From IMG/VR virus record IMGVR_UViG_2547132272_000014: a DNA stretch of 20,767 nucleotides; one strand, 5' to 3'. Made by a program: the position numbers and the translations under genes. How positions within the stretch are numbered: position 1 is the first letter of the stretch; every line of letters starts with the position of its first letter. The stretch is from a virus. Its lineage: Duplodnaviria; Heunggongvirae; Uroviricota; Caudoviricetes. The notes under the pieces were generated by a model. That model did no database searches, was not told the DNA's origin, and saw nothing but the letters and a program-made list of their open reading frames with translations. Below, in pieces: positions 9,406-16,297 of the stretch.

Positions 9406-9610
9406 GTTAGAAGTAATTATCTATACCAATGAAAAAGGCAGGGTTTTAACCCAGATTACAGGAAGTTATTTGAAGGATGGCGCTTCTGAAAGGGAGTTTC
9501 AGGTGGCAACAGGATTACATGATGTTATCAAGGAAGCACTGAGAAATGACTACAACGGCGTGAATATTTTTTCTGAAAACGCTGCGCCCTGCGCACATAA
9601 CACAAATTAA
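9395..9610 (+). CDS. Hypothetical protein encoded in an AT-rich block, 71 aa
   Basis: ORF track 9374..9610 (TTG) trimmed to ATG 9395 with GGAG at 9385-9388; about 37% GC by eye versus about 55% in flanking phage genes. Confidence 0.35.
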   Translation: MAVKLEVIIYTNEKGRVLTQITGSYLKDGASEREFQVATGLHDVIKEALRNDYNGVNIFSENAAPCAHNTN

Positions 9611-9639
9611 TCTGTAAATATCACTGAGGTAATTTAATT

Positions 9640-10284
9640 ATGACGACTGAAAATAAAGTTAAGCAATACACGAAAACTCAGGCACCTGAAGGTTACTGGG
9701 TGGATGCCCGTGGCGTAATGACACCTGAAAGCCTTATCAAAGATATTGACCGCGACCGCGAGCAGCTGGTCGGTGAGCTGGTGGAGATGGTGATTGCTGC
9801 CTCCGCCTCACTGCGTGAACTGAAACTGCGTGCGTTTGGTGATATTCAGGCGTTTATTGACCTGTCGGCGGAGAAATACGGCGCTGTGAAAGGCGGTAAA
9901 AAAGGGAATATCACGCTTTACAGCTTTGACGGGCGTTACAAGATTCAGCGCGCCATGCAGGACCGTATCGCGCTTGATGAACGCATTCAGACCGCGAAGG
10001 CGCTGATTGATGACTGTCTGGCTGACTGGACGGAAGGCGCACGCCCTGAAATTAAGGCCATCATCAGTGAGGCATTCAGCACGGACAAGGAAGGCAACAT
10101 CAACACCGGTCGCGTTCTGGCTCTGCGTCGTCTCGATATTACGGAGGAACGCTGGGATAACGCCATGAAACTGATTGGTGAAGCCGTCCAGGTGGTTGGT
10201 AGCAGAAGCTATATCCGCGTGTATGAGCGCGTCGGTGATTCTGATGAATACCGCGCAATCCCGCTTGATATTGCAGGGGTTTAA
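9640..10284 (+). CDS. Conserved Mu-like phage early protein (DUF3164-like, from memory), 214 aa
   Basis: Clean ORF with codon-like composition in the early region; length and general sequence character recalled as the DUF3164 family seen in Mu-like prophages; function unknown. Confidence 0.45.
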   Translation: MTTENKVKQYTKTQAPEGYWVDARGVMTPESLIKDIDRDREQLVGELVEMVIAASASLRELKLRAFGDIQAFIDLSAEKYGAVKGGKKGNITLYSFDGRYKIQRAMQDRIALDERIQTAKALIDDCLADWTEGARPEIKAIISEAFSTDKEGNINTGRVLALRRLDITEERWDNAMKLIGEAVQVVGSRSYIRVYERVGDSDEYRAIPLDIAGV

Positions 10285-10285
10285 C

Positions 10286-10519
10286 ATGCATCAGGATATC
10301 AAAGAGTACAGAGCCAGAAATAGTTGCGCGGCGTATTCGCTGGGCGCGTCCAGAGCAGAACAACGCGGCGATTATGCCGAGGCTGAAAAGCTGTGGCGTA
10401 AGGCAGCGCAAAGCCCGTGTAGCACCCTGCGCCGCATCTGGGCAGAACACCGGGCACAGTTCTGTGCCAATGCTCACCAGAAAGGATGGAAGCCGATTCA
10501 TGAACGCGAAACGCTTTAA
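10286..10519 (+). CDS. Small hypothetical protein, 77 aa, possible small helical regulator
   Basis: ORF track 10175..10519 trimmed to ATG 10286 (overlaps the upstream stop, TAACATG); segment AEAEKLWRKAAQ...RRIW weakly recalls PerC/ANR-type small regulators; unverified. Confidence 0.35.
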   Translation: MHQDIKEYRARNSCAAYSLGASRAEQRGDYAEAEKLWRKAAQSPCSTLRRIWAEHRAQFCANAHQKGWKPIHERETL

Positions 10520-10691
10520 TCAGTTATATCCGCCTGGTACTCGTTTCATGCACATTGCACATCAGGCGGTGCGTGGTGGTCGGGTGGTAAAAACTGTTGC
10601 ACCGGCCAGAGATTTTAAATGTGGTTGTGTGGTTGAAATTAATGTCGAGCCTTATTTCGTAAAAGTCGAAACACTGAAAGCAGCGCATTAA
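10500..10691 (+). CDS. Small hypothetical protein, 63 aa
   Basis: ORF track 10374..10691 trimmed to ATG 10500; overlaps the upstream gene by 20 nt; start uncertain (alternative ATG 10470). Confidence 0.3.
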   Translation: MNAKRFNQLYPPGTRFMHIAHQAVRGGRVVKTVAPARDFKCGCVVEINVEPYFVKVETLKAAH

Positions 10692-10771
10692 TTTAATTTG
10701 TTTTTAATTGTTATTTAAAACAGGCGTAAACCCGCCGGGGCTGGCTTACGCCTGAATCTGAGGGATTCATT

Positions 10772-11488
10772 ATGGAAAATAAAAGCAAATACATTGCCAA
10801 AATCAAAAAACTGTTACGCCTTGCCAGAGGAACATCAAGCCCGGAAGAAGCCGCTAACGCTATTGCAAAAGCCCAGGCTTATATGCGCCAGCATGGTATC
10901 AGCGAAAACGACGCGGAATTGTTCGACATTCAGGAAGCTGCCAGCGCGGGTGCGCCGAGTGATGCCAGTACGCCGCCGCGTTATATGCACATCCTGTGTG
11001 ACCTGGTATGTAAAGCCTTCGGTGTCGAGTGTTACATCTCAGGTGAATACCGGGCTTCTGGTTCACTCAAACGTTACGTTCGTTTTTATGGTCCTGACAG
11101 CCGCCCGGAAATTGCGGCATACGCGTTTGATGTGCTTTCCCGTCAGATGATGGCTGAACGTAAAAAATATCAGGATAAACACTGCAAACGTTGCGGCCCG
11201 TCCACGCGGGTAGCCCGTGGCGACCAGTTCTGCGAAGGCTGGGTCTTTGGTGTCCGTGATGTCATTGCGGTGTATGACGTCTCCCCGGAAGAAAAAAGTC
11301 GCCTTGAGCTTTACAGAAAGAACCTGCACAGCACGAAAGGGCTGCGCGACGGGGATATGCGCACAGCTAAAGCGTGCCGGGGTGCAGAGTTTGCCGCTAC
11401 TGCCGGTTTTATCGCCGGGAAAAACGCCAGGCTGCATCAGGGGGTTAATGGTCAGAGCAACAGACCACTGGCATTGGGGAGGGTGTAA
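10772..11488 (+). CDS. DUF2786-like protein with C-terminal Cys cluster, 238 aa
   Basis: ATG 10772 with GAGGGA at 10760-10765; N-terminus KIKKLLRLARGTSSPEEAANAIAKAQAYMRQHG matches the remembered DUF2786 N-terminal signature; HCKRCGPSTRVARGDQFCEGW suggests a metal-binding ribbon. Confidence 0.5.
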   Translation: MENKSKYIAKIKKLLRLARGTSSPEEAANAIAKAQAYMRQHGISENDAELFDIQEAASAGAPSDASTPPRYMHILCDLVCKAFGVECYISGEYRASGSLKRYVRFYGPDSRPEIAAYAFDVLSRQMMAERKKYQDKHCKRCGPSTRVARGDQFCEGWVFGVRDVIAVYDVSPEEKSRLELYRKNLHSTKGLRDGDMRTAKACRGAEFAATAGFIAGKNARLHQGVNGQSNRPLALGRV

Positions 11489-11490
11489 CG

Positions 11491-11718
11491 ATGGCTTTTA
11501 AACTTCTCAGTGTTACCGAAGCAATATACCAGCCGCCCGGAGAACGCCACGAATACAGGATGAATGACGGTAGCGCGGCGGTTGAGTTCCTTAAATATCC
11601 GGGGGATTCCCGGTGGCGGTTCTATGACAGTGTGGGACGCCGGATTATTAAAAGAACCGTGCACAACGCCATGAAAGCCGCCGTAGAACGTCACAAAAGA
11701 AGGTTTAACTGCAAATGA
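11491..11718 (+). CDS. Hypothetical early protein, 75 aa
   Basis: ATG 3 nt after the upstream stop, GGGGAGGG upstream; no family recognised. Confidence 0.4.
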   Translation: MAFKLLSVTEAIYQPPGERHEYRMNDGSAAVEFLKYPGDSRWRFYDSVGRRIIKRTVHNAMKAAVERHKRRFNCK

Positions 11719-11939
11719 ATATTGAATTTTATGACTATGGGGTTACCGCAAAAATCATTGTCACCTGCTGGTTCTGGGAGTTCCGTCGCTATTGCCGGGT
11801 TGTAGATGCGGCGCTGTTTGTAGCCCCTGAAGTGCACCATGAGAGCGGTGGCGGTCTTTTAATGAGAACTGTTATCACCGGCAAGACTGTCCCGATGTTA
11901 CGGGCGTTTAAAGTGGCAAAACAGGAGGCGGCGCAGTGA
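11715..11939 (+). CDS. Hypothetical early protein, 74 aa
   Basis: Start overlaps the upstream stop (ATGA), suggesting translational coupling; no family recognised. Confidence 0.4.
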   Translation: MNIEFYDYGVTAKIIVTCWFWEFRRYCRVVDAALFVAPEVHHESGGGLLMRTVITGKTVPMLRAFKVAKQEAAQ

Positions 11940-12100
11940 ACCAGCAAACCAGAATAAGCGATAAGAGCCTGACCAGACTGATTGCCGATGCGGACAAGGT
12001 GCTGGAGCGGAACACTCCCGTTGCCGATGAGGAATGGTGGCAGGATTTCCGGGCCGCAATGCTGGAACTTCAGGTACGTCGTCGGGAGGAATTGAAGTGA
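11936..12100 (+). CDS. Possible small ORF, 54 aa, GTG start
   Basis: GTG overlapping the upstream stop (GTGA); fills a 250-bp gap in an otherwise tightly packed operon; not in the ORF track. Confidence 0.2.
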   Translation: MNQQTRISDKSLTRLIADADKVLERNTPVADEEWWQDFRAAMLELQVRRREELK

Positions 12101-12189
12101 GTGAATTAAAGTGTCGAATTAATGGCAATCAGATAGAACCGTGTGCGGTACTGGCAAAAGCACCCGAATATGGAAAAAGGAGGCAACCA

Positions 12190-12687
12190 GTGAGTGAGAT
12201 TAACTATCAGGCACTGCGTGAGGTGGCAGTGGCCGCGAAGGGGGATACGACGTGGCAGAACCTACAGGCTTTTCATGCTGCTGCTACGCCGGAGGTTGTG
12301 CAGGCGTTGCTGGATGAAAACGAAAGACTGTGTCGCGATCTGATAGCTCGTAATGGTGAGATTGAAGGGCTTCGGGAGTGGGCAGAAGAACTGGAGGCAC
12401 GGGAGGTAGCTTTGCCAGTAGCGTCATTCATTGTTGAAGATGGATACATGCGTGTTGATGGGTTCAGTGAGTATGTAGGTCACTCGCTACCTGATGGAAT
12501 GCATGAGCTTTATGCTGCCCCGCCAGCATCGGTAGTACCGGAAGGACTAGTTAAAGCAGTGCGTTTCTATGAACAGGTAAAGTGTGAGAATCCGCTAGTC
12601 GAAACCGGAGCATGGAAAGACGCGGTTGACTGGGTGCTCAACGAGGCTTGCCAGGCTGTAAATATTGACGCCAAAGGAGGTGCGTAA
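12190..12687 (+). CDS. Hypothetical early protein, 165 aa
   Basis: ORF track 12034..12687 trimmed to GTG 12190, which has a strong AAGGAGG at 12177-12183; predicted helical/coiled-coil segment (ENERLCRDLIARNGEIEGLREWAEELEARE). Confidence 0.45.
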   Translation: MSEINYQALREVAVAAKGDTTWQNLQAFHAAATPEVVQALLDENERLCRDLIARNGEIEGLREWAEELEAREVALPVASFIVEDGYMRVDGFSEYVGHSLPDGMHELYAAPPASVVPEGLVKAVRFYEQVKCENPLVETGAWKDAVDWVLNEACQAVNIDAKGGA

Positions 12688-12857
12688 TGCGTGCCGCGTT
12701 TATCGGTTTATTACCGTACCCGACTCGTTTTTGGGCTTCTGCGCTAATTGCAAAGCCGCATACCCTTATGGCTGACAGCATCATCCCGGCACCAAAGCGC
12801 CATACCGGTATTGCAGCTGCACGACGCGAAGCAAAGAAACGCAGGAGAGCAAAATGA
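12687..12857 (+). CDS. Possible small basic protein, 56 aa
   Basis: ATG overlapping the upstream stop (TAATG); C-terminus RREAKKRRRAK; below the ORF-track size cutoff. Confidence 0.2.
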   Translation: MRAAFIGLLPYPTRFWASALIAKPHTLMADSIIPAPKRHTGIAAARREAKKRRRAK

Positions 12858-13045
12858 TGAAAAACCGTAAGGCAAGACTGCTGATAGCAAAAACCGGGCA
12901 GCTTATCCGTATCTCAAATCGGCTTGTTGTTCGCTATAGATATCTTGGTTTTAGGGAGTGGTCATCTATTCGTTTTTACGGTGTCTGGCGAAACAGAAGC
13001 GCAGCCCAAAACCGCTGGAAAAATCACAGAGGGACAACACGATGA
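12854..13045 (+). CDS. Small basic Arg/Trp-rich protein, 63 aa
   Basis: ATG 12854 with GGAG at 12844-12847; highly basic composition. Confidence 0.3.
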   Translation: MMKNRKARLLIAKTGQLIRISNRLVVRYRYLGFREWSSIRFYGVWRNRSAAQNRWKNHRGTTR

Positions 13046-13227
13046 AAACTATCACTGTAACGGTTGAAATCGACGTTCCTGATAACGCAACGGACAATGA
13101 TATTGCTGATTTTGTCGATGTCGAGTATGGAGAGTGCGGAAAAATGGCACTTGATAACCCATGCCGGACAGATGGAACGGAAATACTCGATGCCAGATGG
13201 GAACACGGACCTGATTACGCGGGGTGA
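13042..13227 (+). CDS. Small strongly acidic protein, 61 aa
   Basis: ORF track 12958..13227 trimmed to ATG 13042 (GAGGG upstream; ATGA overlap with the upstream stop); 10 Asp + 5 Glu against 4 Lys/Arg by my count. Confidence 0.4.
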   Translation: MKTITVTVEIDVPDNATDNDIADFVDVEYGECGKMALDNPCRTDGTEILDARWEHGPDYAG

Positions 13228-13231
13228 AAAG

Positions 13232-13483
13232 ATGAGATGGGTTGACATTTTTATTATCGCTCTGATTGTTACGGGTATTGCGCTTTGTGTAACAACTAAC
13301 AAGGCTTCTGATGATGCGGAAAGTGGGCATTGCGTGGTAAGGAGAAATTTCATCAAAACCATTACGCATTGTGATGATGGAAGCGCCACCGTGACCAGCG
13401 GGGATAAGTTTATTTATTGCTCTGCGGGGAAAAATGGCACGCCATCCTGTCATGAAGTGACGCTCGGTGATGGTGATAAATAA
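13232..13483 (+). CDS. Small membrane-anchored Cys-containing protein, 83 aa
   Basis: ORF track 13064..13483 trimmed to ATG 13232; hydrophobic segment WVDIFIIALIVTGIALCV followed by a soluble domain with four more Cys. Confidence 0.45.
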   Translation: MRWVDIFIIALIVTGIALCVTTNKASDDAESGHCVVRRNFIKTITHCDDGSATVTSGDKFIYCSAGKNGTPSCHEVTLGDGDK

Positions 13484-13563
13484 TTCACCACATTGAGCAA
13501 ATAACAATCAAGCGCAGACCAAAACATATGTTTTGGTCTGCCAAAAGTAGTGTTTTGGTCATT

Positions 13564-13842
13564 ATGAAGATTGAACAAGTCGGAATGGCAGCTTTCAGGC
13601 AACAGGCTGAAAGCGGTGGCGTGGATGAGTTCGTCGTGCAGCGGTTCGGTGGTGTGTATCACCTCTTCGCTGTGAATCGCCGCGCCGGGGTGTCCTATTT
13701 TCTACAGGAACGCCGTGGCGATTACAAGACGTGGCTGTCTCTTGACCGTGCCGCCGCGTTCCTGTCGGGGATTGGCGTTTCACGTTTTACCGTGCGTTTT
13801 GAGGATAACAAACATGCTGAAAAAGATGATCGGAGCCATTAA
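13564..13842 (+). CDS. Hypothetical protein, about 92 aa, start uncertain
   Basis: Codon-like ORF 13528..13842 but no convincing RBS at any in-frame start (13528, 13564, 13587); overlaps the GemA-like start by 29 nt. Confidence 0.3.
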   Translation: MKIEQVGMAAFRQQAESGGVDEFVVQRFGGVYHLFAVNRRAGVSYFLQERRGDYKTWLSLDRAAAFLSGIGVSRFTVRFEDNKHAEKDDRSH

Positions 13843-14209
13843 AGCCGGTCAGGCGTATCTGGGGTGGGATGATGCCCTTTATCGCCAGACGCTGGCCCGT
13901 CTGACCGGTAAAACCAGCACCACACGCTGCAATCTCGATGAACTGCGCATCATCCGGGAATACATGCACGAACAGGGATTTCCGCGCAAAGCGCCCGCCG
14001 GTAAAGGTCGCCGCCCCCGTGTTGCAATGAGCAGAAAATCGGTATTATCCAAAATTGAGGCGTTGCTGGCTGATGCCGGTCGTTCCTGGGCGTATGCGGA
14101 AGGACTGGCATCTCACATGTATAAGCAACATGTGATCGAATGGCTGACGGATGAACAGCTTTTTGGGGTGATGGTGGCGCTGGTTAAAGATTCAAGGAGA
14201 CGTAAATGA
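13814..14209 (+). CDS. GemA-like protein (Mu gp16 / DUF1018-like), 131 aa
   Basis: ORF track 13715..14209 trimmed to ATG 13814 with GAGGA at 13801-13805; N-terminus KKMIGAIKAGQAYLGWDDALYRQTLARLTGKTSTTRCNLDELRIIREYMHEQGF matches the remembered GemA-family pattern; lies just upstream of the Mor-family gene as gemA does in Mu. Confidence 0.55.
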   Translation: MLKKMIGAIKAGQAYLGWDDALYRQTLARLTGKTSTTRCNLDELRIIREYMHEQGFPRKAPAGKGRRPRVAMSRKSVLSKIEALLADAGRSWAYAEGLASHMYKQHVIEWLTDEQLFGVMVALVKDSRRRK

Positions 14210-14544
14210 AAAAACTGTTATTACTTATTCTGGCTTTATGTTTTACAGGGATATCCCATGCTTCTGATTCAGAGGAAGATTTGATCAAAAAAACATTACA
14301 GGGCGATTATCAGGCACAACGTAATCTGGCTTATTCATACATGAATGGCTGGGATGATATTTCAAAGGATATCATCAGAGGATGCGCTCTCAGGAAGGTT
14401 ATTCTCTTGACACAAGCCAAAGCTGACATTGGCGATTATGGAAATGAAGCCATAGATTGCCGAAAAGTGCATCCAACAGATAACCAGAAAGTATGGGAAT
14501 ATGTCAGAGGATACCTGGTGTTGATAAACGAGAATAAAAAATAA
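14206..14544 (+). CDS. AT-rich cargo gene encoding a secreted/periplasmic protein, 112 aa
   Basis: ATG overlapping the GemA-like stop (ATGA), AAGGAG at 14194-14199; signal peptide MKKLLLLILALCFTGISHA/SD; about 32-37% GC in the two 60-nt stretches I counted, versus about 55% in neighbours. Confidence 0.5.
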   Translation: MKKLLLLILALCFTGISHASDSEEDLIKKTLQGDYQAQRNLAYSYMNGWDDISKDIIRGCALRKVILLTQAKADIGDYGNEAIDCRKVHPTDNQKVWEYVRGYLVLINENKK

Positions 14545-14551
14545 TATGAAC

Positions 14552-14581
14552 AAAAACCTTCGCAGGCGCGGAGGTTTTTTA
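14552..14581 (+). terminator. Rho-independent terminator at the end of the early operon
   Basis: AAAAACCT ... AGGTTTTT inverted repeat around a GC-rich loop (tcgcaggcgcgg), followed by a T-run; directly after the stop at 14544. Confidence 0.55.
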
Positions 14582-14585
14582 TGGT

Positions 14586-14614
14586 CTGTACAGGCGATCA
14601 TGTATGGCTATAAT
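14586..14614 (+). promoter_or_regulatory. Candidate middle promoter (Pm-like) for the Mor-family gene
   Basis: Perfect -10 hexamer TATAAT at 14609-14614 with a poor -35 (TGTACA at 14587-14592), as expected for an activator-dependent promoter; 30 bp upstream of the mor-like start. Confidence 0.35.
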
Positions 14615-14643
14615 AACAGTAAGTTACTACCGGAGACGCCATC

Positions 14644-15111
14644 ATGCAGACCTTCAGTGAAACAGATCTTCGCGATGCGCAGGCACTGCTGCCCGACTCC
14701 GTGCAGCAACTGATTAGCGTGATTGGCTTCCCCGCCCTGACCCGGTTGATTCGTTCTTTTGGTGGCGTGACGTTAAGCGGTAAAACCGGCGCACACGCTG
14801 AACGCACCGGCGGCGTCCATGCCCTGTTACATGATGTGCTGACCGAAGACGAAATCAACAAACTGATCCGCTTTCTTGGCGGTGCTCCGTTTTACATTCC
14901 CCGTTGCGATCATGCGTTACGTGCCCTGCGTAACACCCGTTTTATGGCTGATTTACAGCGGCATATCAGGGACGGATTCTCACACCGGCAGGCGCTGGCA
15001 CTGCTCTGTCCCCGCTACGGGATTTCAGATCGGTACGCATGGCAGCTGATACACCGACGACAAAAACAGACTTCGCTGAAAAGCCCCACCCAGGTGGGGC
15101 TTTTTGATTAA
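14644..15111 (+). CDS. mor: Mor/C-family transcriptional activator, 155 aa
   Basis: GGAG at 14631-14634; C-terminal region LGGAPFYIPRCDHALRALRNTRF...LALLCPRYGISDRYAWQLIHRRQ matches the Mor/C pattern (GG.VYIP ... YG.S...VY.I..R); positioned after the early terminator as mor is in Mu. Confidence 0.65.
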   Translation: MQTFSETDLRDAQALLPDSVQQLISVIGFPALTRLIRSFGGVTLSGKTGAHAERTGGVHALLHDVLTEDEINKLIRFLGGAPFYIPRCDHALRALRNTRFMADLQRHIRDGFSHRQALALLCPRYGISDRYAWQLIHRRQKQTSLKSPTQVGLFD

Positions 15112-15138
15112 TGGGCCTCAGAAAAAAGGAGACACGAA

Positions 15139-15426
15139 ATGATGCGTTCTGACACCGATATCGACTATGCAGTACTCGGTGAATATACCGCATTTTCAGA
15201 CAAGGCCCGGGATGCAGCCCGTCGCCGACATGCTGAAATGTGCAATTTATCCAGTTACCTGGCGAAACAGGCCCAAAGCCCGGAATCAGTAACGAATCAT
15301 GATGAAGTGCTGTCAGCCGTAAACAGAATGATTGACGCAGAACGGGAAATGCGTAATGCCGTGGAAAGAGCTAACCTGCTGGCGCGGGCATGTTATAAGC
15401 CACCATTAAAACTCGCTTCCCTTTAA
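15139..15426 (+). CDS. Hypothetical protein, 95 aa
   Basis: ATG 15139 with AAGGAG at 15125-15130; no family recognised. Confidence 0.4.
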   Translation: MMRSDTDIDYAVLGEYTAFSDKARDAARRRHAEMCNLSSYLAKQAQSPESVTNHDEVLSAVNRMIDAEREMRNAVERANLLARACYKPPLKLASL

Positions 15427-15613
15427 TCCATCCAGATAATCAACCTGCTGGGGGTGCTGAACACCCCCAGCAGTACCCACCACACCAGACCGTTTACCCT
15501 GTCCACTCAGACCACAAGGCACCTTAAGGGATAGCGCCCTGCAAAAGGCTTTTGTGCCTTTGACAGGGTGTTATTTACGGGCCGTCAGTGGCTCAGATTT
15601 ACAGGAGAAACTC

Positions 15614-16027
15614 ATGTCTGAACCCTTATCAGGCGGCGGGGCTGTGGCAGTCACCATCGGTGGTGCCAGTGTGTTTGGTCTTCTCACCAATACCGATTTC
15701 GGGGTCGTGGTGGGCGCGTTTGCCGGGGCGCTTTTTGTTGTCACGCAGCAGAAAGAAATCCCGGTATGGCGAATGGCTATTCACCTGCTCGTCGCGTTTG
15801 TGGTTGGCGTTCTGGGGGCTGGCGTGGCTGCGTCACTGATGCAGTGGCTGACCCATTACAACGACAAACCGCTTGATGCATTGTGTGCGGTCGGTGTCTC
15901 GGCGTTATCCATCAAGATACTGACCTTTTTTTATCAGCAGGAAATCAAAGTCCTGCTCGGTATGTTCTCAAAACTGTTCAACCTCGTATCAAAGTTGTGC
16001 GGTGGAGGGGGAGAAAATGGAAAGTAG
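15614..16027 (+). CDS. Multi-pass membrane protein, lysis-cassette candidate (holin/antiholin-like), 137 aa
   Basis: ORF track 15554..16027 trimmed to ATG 15614 with AGGAG at 15603-15607; about four Gly/Ala-rich hydrophobic segments; lies directly upstream of the endolysin. Confidence 0.45.
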   Translation: MSEPLSGGGAVAVTIGGASVFGLLTNTDFGVVVGAFAGALFVVTQQKEIPVWRMAIHLLVAFVVGVLGAGVAASLMQWLTHYNDKPLDALCAVGVSALSIKILTFFYQQEIKVLLGMFSKLFNLVSKLCGGGGENGK

Positions 16028-16295
16028 CCTTGCCGGTATTGTGAATGTCTGGTTGTGTCTCGCCATTGTGCTGGGGTTGTTTGTGTATCGCCGCCACGGT
16101 GCGGCGCATAAACCGATGATTACCTGGCTGGCGTACTGGCTGATGCTCGGTTACATCATCATCCCGTTCCGCTGGCTGTCCGGTACATACACGCACTCCA
16201 GCTGGCTGGTTGTGGCGCTGAATCTGGTTTTCTGTGCGCTTATCGTGTGGGCGCACGGGAATTTGTCAAAAATCCTTTCGTTACTGCGGAGGTAA
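16017..16295 (+). CDS. Three-TM small membrane protein, holin candidate, 92 aa
   Basis: ORF track 16002..16295 trimmed to ATG 16017 with GGAGGGGGAG upstream; three hydrophobic segments (IVNVWLCLAIVLGLFVY, ITWLAYWLMLGYIIIPF, WLVVALNLVFCALIVWA); ends 2 nt before the endolysin start. Confidence 0.45.
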   Translation: MESSLAGIVNVWLCLAIVLGLFVYRRHGAAHKPMITWLAYWLMLGYIIIPFRWLSGTYTHSSWLVVALNLVFCALIVWAHGNLSKILSLLRR

Positions 16296-16297
16296 AT

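Noticed and set aside
9808-10287. 159-aa minus-strand ORF
   Set aside because: Antisense to the well-formed 214-aa plus-strand gene; no independent support.
10722-10753. Hairpin considered as the early-operon terminator
   Set aside because: No U-tract follows; a much better intrinsic terminator (stem plus T-run) is at 14552-14581. Kept as a possible regulatory structure in the findings.
12034-12189. ORF-track N-terminal extension of the 12190..12687 gene
   Set aside because: Low-complexity Gly/Ser-rich translation overlapping the upstream frame; a strong AAGGAGG precedes the internal GTG at 12190.
15566-15600. TTGACA hexamer considered as a sigma70 promoter for the lysis genes
   Set aside because: No acceptable -10 hexamer at 16-18 bp spacing; late promoters of Mu-like phages are activator-dependent and not expected to have a consensus -35.
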